Shown: positions 1 to 7,585 of the stretch, piece by piece
How the letters are laid out: the number at the start of each line of letters is the position of its first letter
How positions within the stretch are numbered: position 1 is the first letter of the stretch
Notes under the pieces: model-generated
What the model was told of the DNA's origin: nothing
The model's input: only the letters and a program-made list of their open reading frames with translations
Database searches by the model: none
Translations under genes and position numbers: made by a program
From: an uncultured Pseudomonadota bacterium
GTDB lineage: Bacteria; Pseudomonadota; Alphaproteobacteria; JACZXZ01
Reading direction: 5' to 3'
DNA length: 24,000 nt
Assembly: GCA_963749075.1 (NCBI GenBank)
Contig: CAVVLJ010000020.1
Coordinates: 360,330 to 384,329 of the forward strand

Positions 1-886
1 CGTACTCGCCGCGCCGATGGATGAGCACGACGTGACGGGAGAACTCGAAGCCTGGCAGCGGAAGCAGCAGAAGCTGAGCCATGTCCGGCCGACCATGCAC
101 GACGCACAGGGGAGTCGTGATCGCCCAGCCGACGCCCGCCGCGACCATGGCAAGCAGCGACTCCGACGAGTCCATCTCGACGCGGCGATGCGGCCTGAGC
201 CCGATCCTGCGCAAGTGCCGCTCGATCTGGATGCCGATGTGCGAACGGGAGGAGTAGCGGATCATCGGGCCGGCTTCGGCGAGCGCCTCGAAGCTCGCGC
301 CGTGCGCCGTGCTTGCCATCGCCTTCGGCACGGCCAGAACGAAGGGTTCGCGCAGGAGCGGCACCTGACGCAAGCCGTCAACGTCCTCGATCTCTTCCGC
401 GCAGATCACCAGATCGACGTTGCGGCTGAGGAAATCCTGGCTCAGCCGGGCCGTCAGGCCCGACCAAAGCATCAGGTTCTCGACCTTTGCCATGAACATG
501 CGGGCGACATGGGGCCCGACCGTGCCGGCAATGGAGTCGATCAGGCCGATGCGCAGCTCCGGGATGGTGGCCGCACTGCGGGTGGCGGCCACAAGCTGCT
601 CCGCCTCCTCGATGATGTGCTCGGCGCGATGCGTCAGCACGACGCCGCTCGCGGTCAGGCGAAGCGGCCGGCGCGTGCGGTCGAAGAGCGGCGTGCCGAC
701 TTCGCGTTCGATCTGATGGACGACCTGGGAAACGGCGGATTGGGTCAAGCCCAGGAACCTCGCCGCATCCGTCATGCTGCCTCTCGCGGCGACGGCCGAG
801 AGAATTCTGAGAGCCCTCAGAATCCAACGACGAGCGCATGGCGCCGTTACGATCTCCCACGACGAGCGGCGAATTCGCCGCCGCAT
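1..886 (-). CDS. LysR-family transcriptional regulator (3' end runs off the left edge of the window)
   Basis: Absent from the ORF track because it has no stop inside the window. My reverse-complement translation from the ATG at 886 stays open to position 1. It reads MRRRIRRSSWEIVTAPCARRWILRALRILSAVAARGSMTDAARFLGLTQSAVSQVVHQIEREVGTPLFDRTRRPLRLTASG..., a canonical LysR winged-HTH. A substrate-binding-type domain follows (...SESLLAMVAAGVGWAITTPLCV...). The + strand ORF 17..949 is its shadow. Confidence 0.8.
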   Translation of the reverse strand, partial: MRRRIRRSSWEIVTAPCARRWILRALRILSAVAARGSMTDAARFLGLTQSAVSQVVHQIEREVGTPLFDRTRRPLRLTASGVVLTHRAEHIIEEAEQLVAATRSAATIPELRIGLIDSIAGTVGPHVARMFMAKVENLMLWSGLTARLSQDFLSRNVDLVICAEEIEDVDGLRQVPLLREPFVLAVPKAMASTAHGASFEALAEAGPMIRYSSRSHIGIQIERHLRRIGLRPHRRVEMDSSESLLAMVAAGVGWAITTPLCVVHGRPDMAQLLLLPLPGFEFSRHVVLIHRRGEY

Positions 887-1000
887 CCTACCGGTCCGCT
901 GCCGGCGCGCCAAAATGGGCGTGCCCCTACCAGAAAATCTAATCAATGATAGTGGCAAACCTAATGATGTGTCACCCCGCCGGCGCGCCGGGACGCAAGA

Positions 1001-2155
1001 TCAGGCATCGTGCCGCAGCGGAAGCCATCCCCGTCTCTGCCGCCAGTCCTCCTCAAGTCCCGAGAAGCGCGCGAGGCGAAGCGGCGACAGGTCGGCGAAG
1101 CCGCAGCGGCCGCGGAGGACGAGCTCCATGACGGCCTTGCCGCTCGCGGGCGACAGGCCGAAGCCGACGCTCGACATGGTGGCGACGACGACGTTCCCCG
1201 GCGTCTCCAGCCGGTCGATCACCGGCCGTCCGTCCGGCGTGTTCTCGACGAGCCCGGCCCAGCTCCTGAGCACGCGCGCATGCGCGGCACCCGGGAAGAG
1301 CGCCGCAAGCCGGCGCGCGATATTGCGCAAGAGCGGCGTGCCGGCATTCGCCCGCGCCGCCGCCTCCGCGTCCCCGAGCCATTCATGGGGGCCGCCGCCG
1401 TAGACAAGGTTTCCACGCAGGGTCTGGCGCCCGTAGAGTCCGTTGCCGTCGACGCCGCCGTAGCGCATCGGCGGCAGCGCTTCCGTCACGATCATCTCGG
1501 CGCGCGCGGGAGCCATTGGCACCGCGGCGCCGACCATCGCGGCCAGCCGCCCGGTTTGCGGCCCGGCCGCGATCACCAGCGCATCGCAGCCGAAGTCGCC
1601 GCGGTCCGTCCTGACGCCCGCCGCCCGATCGGCGCCGAGTGCTATCCCGGTGACCGTGGTGTGTTGCGCGATGCGGCCGCCCAAGTCCTGCAGCGCCCAG
1701 GCGTAGGCCTGAACCGTGCGCTGCGGATTTGCGTGGCCGCCGAAATGAAGGAAGAGGCCTCCCGAAGCGGCGTTTCCGGCGAGCGGCACCAGCTCGGCGA
1801 GCTGCTTCGCATCGAGGGGCTCCGTCTTGAAGCCCTGATATCCGGCCGCTCTTGCGATTTCTCCGCAGCGCTCGCGATCTTTCTGGCTCGAGGCAACGCG
1901 GATGCGGCAGGGGCGGAATTCGGTGGGATAGCGGAGAAGTTCGTCCATCTGCGGCCACAGCCGCTGCTCCTCGGCGAACAGCGGGCTGTGCGGATGGGTC
2001 GCCCCGCCGCCGTTCCGTCCGGATGCCTCCCAGCCGACGATGCCCCTCTCGATCACCAGAACGTCGGCGCCGGAGCGGGCGAGCCACCAGGCGGCGCTCA
2101 ATCCCGTGACGCCGCCGCCTATGACGATGACCGAGGCTCCCTTGGTGGCGCGCAT
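1001..2155 (-). CDS. FAD-dependent oxidoreductase, DAO family (OoxB/HcnC/SoxB-like beta subunit)
   Basis: Track ORF 1001..2188. N-terminal dinucleotide fold VIVIGGGVTGLSAAWWLARSGADVLVIERG; length and layout are typical of D-amino-acid-oxidase-type flavoproteins. The track start is TTG at 2188; the ATG at 2155 (MRATKGASVIVIGGG) gives the usual short N-terminus. Confidence 0.8.
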   Translation of the reverse strand: MRATKGASVIVIGGGVTGLSAAWWLARSGADVLVIERGIVGWEASGRNGGGATHPHSPLFAEEQRLWPQMDELLRYPTEFRPCRIRVASSQKDRERCGEIARAAGYQGFKTEPLDAKQLAELVPLAGNAASGGLFLHFGGHANPQRTVQAYAWALQDLGGRIAQHTTVTGIALGADRAAGVRTDRGDFGCDALVIAAGPQTGRLAAMVGAAVPMAPARAEMIVTEALPPMRYGGVDGNGLYGRQTLRGNLVYGGGPHEWLGDAEAAARANAGTPLLRNIARRLAALFPGAAHARVLRSWAGLVENTPDGRPVIDRLETPGNVVVATMSSVGFGLSPASGKAVMELVLRGRCGFADLSPLRLARFSGLEEDWRQRRGWLPLRHDA

Positions 2156-2194
2156 TCCGACCGCGTGACTTGACGAAGATATCTGCAATGGCCG

Positions 2195-3883
2195 TCAGCC
2201 GCCCCGGCGCGTGCCGCGGCGCGCCGTGCCGCCGTCGCCCGCGGACGGCGCGTCGATCTCCCAGAACGGCGTCCACTGGCCGGGAATGCCGAACCACGCG
2301 TCCCACTCGGCGGCCATGGCCGTGACTTCCTCCCTGTCCTGGAGCACCGCCAGCGGCAGCGGCCGCACGGGCGCGCGGTAGCTGGGGAGCGGGATGCGGC
2401 CGACGTCGAGGTCCGCCGCCAGGGCCAGCAGCATGGCGACCTGCTCCCGGCAACGCCGCCCCTGGCAGTGGCCCATTCCCGCCCGCGTGAGACGCTTCAG
2501 CTGATCCTGGTTCGGCGGGCCGTCGGCGAGCAGGGTCTTGAGATCGCGCGGCGGGTTGCTCGAGCCGCTCCATTCGAGGTAGCGCGGCGGGCGGACGTCC
2601 AGGATATCGCGGCAGGTGACCTCCTCGCACTGACAGACCACTGTGTCCTGCCAGCCCATGTTGAGCAAGGCCTTGACCCAGCTGAGGCGGCTGTCCGTCG
2701 GCTGCGACCGCGGCCGCGGCAAGGACGGCAGCACCGCCGCGCGGCGCGCGAACGTAGCCTCGTCGATGGCGCCGAGCGACAGGGCGGCGCTCAGGGCGGC
2801 AGTGCGGCCCTCCGTCTCCGCCACGATGGACTCGAGCGTCTTCTCCGCAAAGATGCCGGCACAGTCGCCGGCCGCGAAGGCGAAGGGCAGCGAGGTGCGC
2901 TGCCGGGAGTCGACCGCCGGGACGTGCCCGCCCAGCATGGCGTCGTAAGCGATATCGCAGCCGAGCACGTCAAGAAGCTCGATGTTCGGAACGGCGGCGA
3001 TGCCGAGACACACCGTATCACAGGCAATCGCCCGCTCGCTTCCCGGGCGGGGATGGAGCGCAGAATCGACCTCCAGGATCGTCGCGCGGCACACGCCGTC
3101 GGCGCTCCCGTCGACCTGCGAGACGACGGAGGAGGGAACGAGCTGGACGCCCGCGTCCTGCAGTCTCTTGATGAGATGGCGCGGACCGTGCAGCGCCGGC
3201 GCCACCTCGATTATGGCTGCCACCTCGACGCCTTGGTCGAGCGCCGCCGCTGCCGTAGAGAGGGCCTCGGCGCCGGAGCCGAGGACGACGATGCGGCGGC
3301 CTGCAAACGCCCGATAACGCGTGAGCAATGCGTGGGCGGCGCCAATTCCCATCACGCCGGCCATGTGCCAGCCGGGAAACGCCATGCCCATGTCGCGCCG
3401 GCCCGCCGCGATCACGACGCGCTCGAAGCCGACGAGCCACGATCCCTTGTCGTCCGCCAGTCCCATGACGGGCCCGGGCATCCAGTGGACGCCGGGACCG
3501 TTGGCAAAGGCGCCCCACGCGCAAGTGCCGAGCCGCACGTCGACGCCGAGCTCGAAGGCTTCCTCGATCGCGGGGTCCGCGGCAGCGATCCGCTCGAGCA
3601 TGCGGCCGCGATGCCGGCTCGAGCCGTCCATGCGCTGCCCGAAATGCAAGGGAACATCCAGGCCCATCATCGCCGCGTCGATCGGATGCTCGTCGACCAA
3701 CATGACCTTGAGCCCGAGCCCTGCCGCCTCGCGGGCCGCAGCGAGTCCGGCCGGGCCCACGCCCAGCACGAGAAGCTGCGCGTGCTCCTGCGCAACCGGC
3801 GTCTTCCCCGCGACGGACCGAGCATCGACGATTTCCCGCACCGCACCGCTCCTGGGGCCAGGTCGATCAGGACCGCCATTCAT
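2195..3883 (-). CDS. FAD/NAD(P)-binding oxidoreductase with C-terminal BFD-like [2Fe-2S] cysteine motif (OoxA/HcnB-like alpha subunit)
   Basis: Track ORF 2195..3928. Two Rossmann motifs (LLVLGVGPAGLAAAREA and RIVVLGSGAEALSTAAAA) plus CQCEEVTCRDI ... GMGHCQGRRCREQV. It ends 6 nt upstream of the track start of the DAO gene. The track start is GTG at 3928; the ATG at 3883 has GGGAG about 9 nt upstream. Confidence 0.75.
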   Translation of the reverse strand: MNGGPDRPGPRSGAVREIVDARSVAGKTPVAQEHAQLLVLGVGPAGLAAAREAAGLGLKVMLVDEHPIDAAMMGLDVPLHFGQRMDGSSRHRGRMLERIAAADPAIEEAFELGVDVRLGTCAWGAFANGPGVHWMPGPVMGLADDKGSWLVGFERVVIAAGRRDMGMAFPGWHMAGVMGIGAAHALLTRYRAFAGRRIVVLGSGAEALSTAAAALDQGVEVAAIIEVAPALHGPRHLIKRLQDAGVQLVPSSVVSQVDGSADGVCRATILEVDSALHPRPGSERAIACDTVCLGIAAVPNIELLDVLGCDIAYDAMLGGHVPAVDSRQRTSLPFAFAAGDCAGIFAEKTLESIVAETEGRTAALSAALSLGAIDEATFARRAAVLPSLPRPRSQPTDSRLSWVKALLNMGWQDTVVCQCEEVTCRDILDVRPPRYLEWSGSSNPPRDLKTLLADGPPNQDQLKRLTRAGMGHCQGRRCREQVAMLLALAADLDVGRIPLPSYRAPVRPLPLAVLQDREEVTAMAAEWDAWFGIPGQWTPFWEIDAPSAGDGGTARRGTRRGG

Positions 3884-4159
3884 GCCGCCCGCTCCCCGCG
3901 CGGGCGCCGATCGGGGCGACGATGACACGCGCCTTGAGCTCCGGCAAATGGCCGGCTAGGAGAATTAGCTAGATCGCTGGCAGACATAAGCGCGCATCCG
4001 GGTGCTTGCCGGGCATGCGCCCTCAGACTCTAGCGTTGGAACCACAAGATTTAGGGGGTCAAGCCCGAAATTCGTCGATTTTTGGACTTCACTTCATCAC
4101 GCTGTCACAATATGGTTCTATGCCTTGCGCGAGTGAGCGGCGGAGAGTGAGCGGACGGG

Positions 4160-4720
4160 ATGCTTTCACCGAACAGTTGGCCCGCGTTGGTGTTGAACGC
4201 CGATTTCCGGCCGCTCAGCTACTTCCCGCTTTCCCTGTGGTCATGGCAGGAGACGATCAAGGCCGTCTTCCTCGAACGGGTCAACATCGTCTCGCAATAT
4301 GACGAGCTCGTGCATTCGCCGACCATGGCGATGCGGCTGCCGAGCGTGATCGCGCTCAAGGAATATATCCCGGCGGCGCGGCGTCCGGCCTTCACCCGTT
4401 TCAACGTCTTTCTGCGCGACCATTTCACCTGCCAGTACTGCGGCTCGCGCCGGCCAACCCAGGAGCTCACCTTCGACCATCTGGTGCCGCGCTCGCGCGG
4501 CGGGCACACGACCTGGCAGAACGTGGTCACCGCCTGCGGCCAGTGCAATCTTTTGAAGGGCAACCGGCTTTCCAGGGAGTCGGGTCTCTACCCGCGCACG
4601 CGGCCGTTGCCGCCCACCACCTACGAGCTCCAGGCGAACGGCCGCGCCTTCCCGCCGAACTATCTCCACCAGAGCTGGCGGGACTTCCTTTACTGGGATA
4701 CCGAGCTCGATCCGAACTGA
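4160..4720 (+). CDS. HNH endonuclease-family protein (standalone)
   Basis: Cys-His box [48 protein letters not shown] (CxxC ... H ... N ... CxxC-N) in the C-terminal half. About 185 aa with an uncharacterised N-terminal half. Confidence 0.8.
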   Translation: MLSPNSWPALVLNADFRPLSYFPLSLWSWQETIKAVFLERVNIVSQYDELVHSPTMAMRLPSVIALKEYIPAARRPAFTRFNVFLRDHFTCQYCGSRRPTQELTFDHLVPRSRGGHTTWQNVVTACGQCNLLKGNRLSRESGLYPRTRPLPPTTYELQANGRAFPPNYLHQSWRDFLYWDTELDPN

Positions 4721-6048
4721 GCCGGGAGGGCAAGCGCCTCCGCCGGATAGATCGGGAAGCGGCGCGTCAGCGCCCGCACTTGCGCATGCACGGCGCCCTC
4801 GACCGCGTCGTTCTGCCGGGGCGCCCGGGCGAGCCCGTCGAGAACTTGGGCGATCCAATTGCCCGTCGCCTGGAACTCGGGCACGCCGAAGCCGCGCGTG
4901 GTGGCGGCCGAGGCGCCGAGCCTGATGCCCGAGGTGAGGGAAGGCTTCTCCTCGTCGAAGGGCACGGCGTTCTTGTTGCAGGTGATGCCGGCGCGCTCGA
5001 GGCTCTCCGAGGCAGCCAGGCCCTTGAGGCCCTGGCGCCGCAGATCGAGAAGCACGATCGGCGTGTCCGTGCCGCCGCCCACCACGTCGTAGCCGCGCGC
5101 GGCGAGGATGGCGGCGAGTGCACGGGCATTCTCCAGCACGGCATGGGCGTAGAGGCGGAACTCGGGCCGCAACGCCTCCGCCAGGCACACCGCCTTGGCG
5201 GCGAGCGCATGGAGGAGGGGGCTGCCCTGCACGCCCGGAAAGACCGCCTGGTTGATGCGGCGCGCCAGCGTCTCGTCGTTCGAGAGGATGACGCCGCCGC
5301 GGGCACCGCGCAGCGATTTGTAGGTCGTGGTCGTCGCCACGTCGGCGTATGGCAGCGGGTTCGGATGGACGCCGCCGGCGACCAATCCGGCAAAATGGGC
5401 CATGTCGACGAGGAGCTTGGCACCCGCCTCGTCGGCGATGGCGCGCATGCGCAGGAAGTCGATCGCCCGCGGGTAGGAGGAGCCGCCGGCCACCACGAGC
5501 TTCGGCCGGTGCGCACGCGCGAGGGCTGCCACCTCGTCGTAATCGATGAGGCCGTCCTGGCGGCGCGTGCCGTATTGCACGACGCGGTGGAACTTGCCGC
5601 TCTGGTTGAAGGGCGCGCCATGGCTCAAATGTCCGCCGGCGTCGAGCGCCATGGAGAGTACCGCGTCGCCCGGCTCGAGGAGAGCCATGAACACCGCCTG
5701 GTTCGCCTGGCTTCCCGAATGGGGCTGCACGTTGGCGAAGCGGCAGCCGAAGAGAGCGCAGGCACGCTCGATGGCGACGCGCTCGACCACGTCCACGTTG
5801 GCGGCACCGCCATGGTAGCGCCGGCCCGGCAGCCCCTCGACCGTCTTGTTGGTAAGCAGCGAGCCCTGCGCCTCGAGCACGGCGCGGCTTACGATGTTCT
5901 CCGACGCGATGAGCTCGATCACGTCCCGCTGGCGCGCGTATTCCTGGGCGATGGCCTCGGCGATGGTGGGATCGATCTCGCCGAGGTGCGCGGTGAAATA
6001 GCCGGCATGGAGGACCGGCCCGCGGCCGTCCTCGTCCGCATCGCTCAT
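4690..6048 (-). CDS. glyA: serine hydroxymethyltransferase-family protein (GlyA paralogue with divergent active-site motifs)
   Basis: [53 protein letters not shown] and [14 protein letters not shown] (PLP-lysine motif) are collinear with E. coli GlyA by eye. The preferred start is the ATG at 6048, which overlaps the upstream gene's TGA (ATGA at 6045-6048). The track start is TTG at 6072. Confidence 0.85.
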   Translation of the reverse strand: MSDADEDGRGPVLHAGYFTAHLGEIDPTIAEAIAQEYARQRDVIELIASENIVSRAVLEAQGSLLTNKTVEGLPGRRYHGGAANVDVVERVAIERACALFGCRFANVQPHSGSQANQAVFMALLEPGDAVLSMALDAGGHLSHGAPFNQSGKFHRVVQYGTRRQDGLIDYDEVAALARAHRPKLVVAGGSSYPRAIDFLRMRAIADEAGAKLLVDMAHFAGLVAGGVHPNPLPYADVATTTTYKSLRGARGGVILSNDETLARRINQAVFPGVQGSPLLHALAAKAVCLAEALRPEFRLYAHAVLENARALAAILAARGYDVVGGGTDTPIVLLDLRRQGLKGLAASESLERAGITCNKNAVPFDEEKPSLTSGIRLGASAATTRGFGVPEFQATGNWIAQVLDGLARAPRQNDAVEGAVHAQVRALTRRFPIYPAEALALPAQFGSSSVSQ

Positions 6049-6896
6049 GCCGCCGCGGCCTCGAGGAGGCAATCGTCGGCGAGGAGTGCGAGCGGCGCGA
6101 AGTCCCGGTGGTGCTTGTAGTCGGGCCGCGCGAAGCGCCTTTGCGCGTTGGCGACCGGATTGGCGATGAGCGAGAAGATGCGCCGGCTCCAGGGCGAGAG
6201 GTTGGGCGGCGAGGCGTGCACCAGGCAGTCGCCGAAGATGAGCGCCGTGCCCGCGCGTCCGGTCGCGGACACGATGCCGTGCGCGTCGGCGAGCCGCGCA
6301 ATGGTGTCGCGCTCGACGACCCAGAGCGGATAGCTCGTGGAGGTCGTGTCGAGCTCGGCCGGCGCCGGGCCGTGGCGCTGCGAGCCGGGGATGAAATAGA
6401 GCGGCCCGTTGAACTCGCTCACCTCGTCGAGGAAGACGTGGAGGTTGAGCGCCAACGGCTCGGGCACGCCGTCCTCATGGTGGTGCGTCGCGAAGTCGTA
6501 GTGCCACTGCCAGGCCTCGCCCTCGAAGGCGGCCTTGACGTTGACCTTGACCTGCTGGGCATAGAGCCGCTCGCCCAGGAGCTGGAAGGCGGGCTCGAGG
6601 AGGCGCGGATGGCGCACGAGCTTGGCATAGGCAGCACTCCTGAGATGGAGGCCCATGGCGGTGCGCACCTCGCCGCTCAGCTTCTCGCGCACGTTGGCGG
6701 CGCTGTCCTCGGCGAAGAGCGGGAGGAGCGCCTGGCGCAGCACCTCGACCTCGCGCGGCGAGAAGAGCGCCGGGAGCACGAGAAAGCCCCGGCGCCCGAA
6801 CTCGTCCACCTGCTTAGCACTGAGTTCGCATGACCGCCTCCTCGCCTGCTGCGCGGCAATTCTCCGCCAAAGCTCCGGTGTGATGCAAGACGCCAC
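6045..6896 (-). CDS. PhyH-family Fe(II)/2-oxoglutarate dioxygenase, ectoine-hydroxylase (EctD)-like
   Basis: [19 protein letters not shown] resembles the EctD signature F-x-W-H-S-D-F-E-T-W-H-x-E-D-G-M/L-P. The H-x-D ... H facial triad is plausible (WHYD ... CLVHAS). The N-terminus [29 protein letters not shown] is PhyH-like. The start is uncertain: GTG at 6896 (GGAGG 5 nt upstream) or the track's TTG at 6923. Confidence 0.75.
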   Translation of the reverse strand: MASCITPELWRRIAAQQARRRSCELSAKQVDEFGRRGFLVLPALFSPREVEVLRQALLPLFAEDSAANVREKLSGEVRTAMGLHLRSAAYAKLVRHPRLLEPAFQLLGERLYAQQVKVNVKAAFEGEAWQWHYDFATHHHEDGVPEPLALNLHVFLDEVSEFNGPLYFIPGSQRHGPAPAELDTTSTSYPLWVVERDTIARLADAHGIVSATGRAGTALIFGDCLVHASPPNLSPWSRRIFSLIANPVANAQRRFARPDYKHHRDFAPLALLADDCLLEAAAA

Positions 6897-6996
6897 GCCC
6901 CCCTCCCCAGCCCTCCCCCTCAAGGGGGGAGGGAGAAGATAGCGGGGTCCACCTCGCTTCCCCTCCCCCCTTGAGGGGGAGGGTAGGGTGGGGGGT
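6895..6996. repeat. GC-rich palindromic intergenic repeat: two copies of a CCCTCCCCC-N4-GGGGGAGGG hairpin unit
   Basis: Hairpin 1: ccctccccc(6911-6919) tcaa ggggggaggg(6924-6933). Hairpin 2: ccctcccccc(6961-6970) ttga gggggaggg(6975-6983). C-rich and G-rich flanks at 6895-6908 and 6984-6996. Lies between the coq7 stop (7022) and the dioxygenase start. Confidence 0.75.
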
Positions 6997-7021
6997 ACGC
7001 TTGATCCCGTAGCCGGCTTCG

Positions 7022-7585
7022 CTACACCCGCGTCGAGAGCCAGATGGCGAGGCGCGAGGCGGCTTTGATGGCGCCGGAGAGGAGGGGATAGGCGGGAGCC
7101 GCCTCGGCGCCGTGGGCGAGAGCGGTCTCCTTGTGCTCGACCTCGTGCTGGCGGAACTCCTCAACCGTGCTCTTGAGCGCCGCCTCGTCGTCGCCGAGCG
7201 CTGCCGCCTGGCGCGCGTAATGCTCGTCGATCACCTCCTCGACCGCGACGGTGCAGGCCATTGCCGCGCGCCCGCCCAGGAGCGCCGTAGCAGCACCGAG
7301 GGCGAAGCCCGCCACGTGCCAGAGCGGGTAGAGGACCGTCGGGCGCACGCGGCGCTCGACGATGAGCCGCTCGAAGGCTTCGAGGTGGCGCTCCTCTTCT
7401 GCGGCCATCTTGCGGATGGCGGCTGCCTCGGGGCTGCTGCCGAGCACGGCGAGCTGGCCGTCGTAGATGCGCTTGGCGCCGAATTCGCCCGCATGGTCGA
7501 CGCGGATCATGCGCTTGACGAGCTCTGCGCGGTCGGGATCGCCCGGCCAGCGCTCGGCCGCGGTCTCCTTGACAGGCTCGCTCAT
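7022..7585 (-). CDS. coq7: demethoxyubiquinone hydroxylase (Coq7-family di-iron carboxylate protein)
   Basis: MIRVDHAGEFGAKRIYDGQLAVL ... EEERHLEAFERL ... VAVEEVIDEHY ... EFRQHEVEHKE gives the repeated E...ExxH di-iron motifs of COQ7. The track ORF 7022..7981 is over-extended. The ATG at 7585 (MSEPVKE...) overlaps the dsbB TGA (ATGA at 7582-7585). Confidence 0.85.
   Translation of the reverse strand: MSEPVKETAAERWPGDPDRAELVKRMIRVDHAGEFGAKRIYDGQLAVLGSSPEAAAIRKMAAEEERHLEAFERLIVERRVRPTVLYPLWHVAGFALGAATALLGGRAAMACTVAVEEVIDEHYARQAAALGDDEAALKSTVEEFRQHEVEHKETALAHGAEAAPAYPLLSGAIKAASRLAIWLSTRV

Noticed and set aside
3978-3993. Sigma54-like TGGCAG-N-GC element in the oxidase/HNH divergent spacer.
   Set aside because: The GG-to-GC spacing is one nt short of the -24/-12 consensus and the TTGC core is missing.
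6895-6996. Possible CRISPR array, or protein-coding PLKGGG/PLEGEG ORFs (6814..7164 -, 6655..6942 +), across the G/C-rich repeats; the same question applies to 15967-16073.
   Set aside because: There are only two hairpin units with no regular repeat-spacer periodicity and no cas genes. The ORFs are simply translations of palindromic repeats on both strands.
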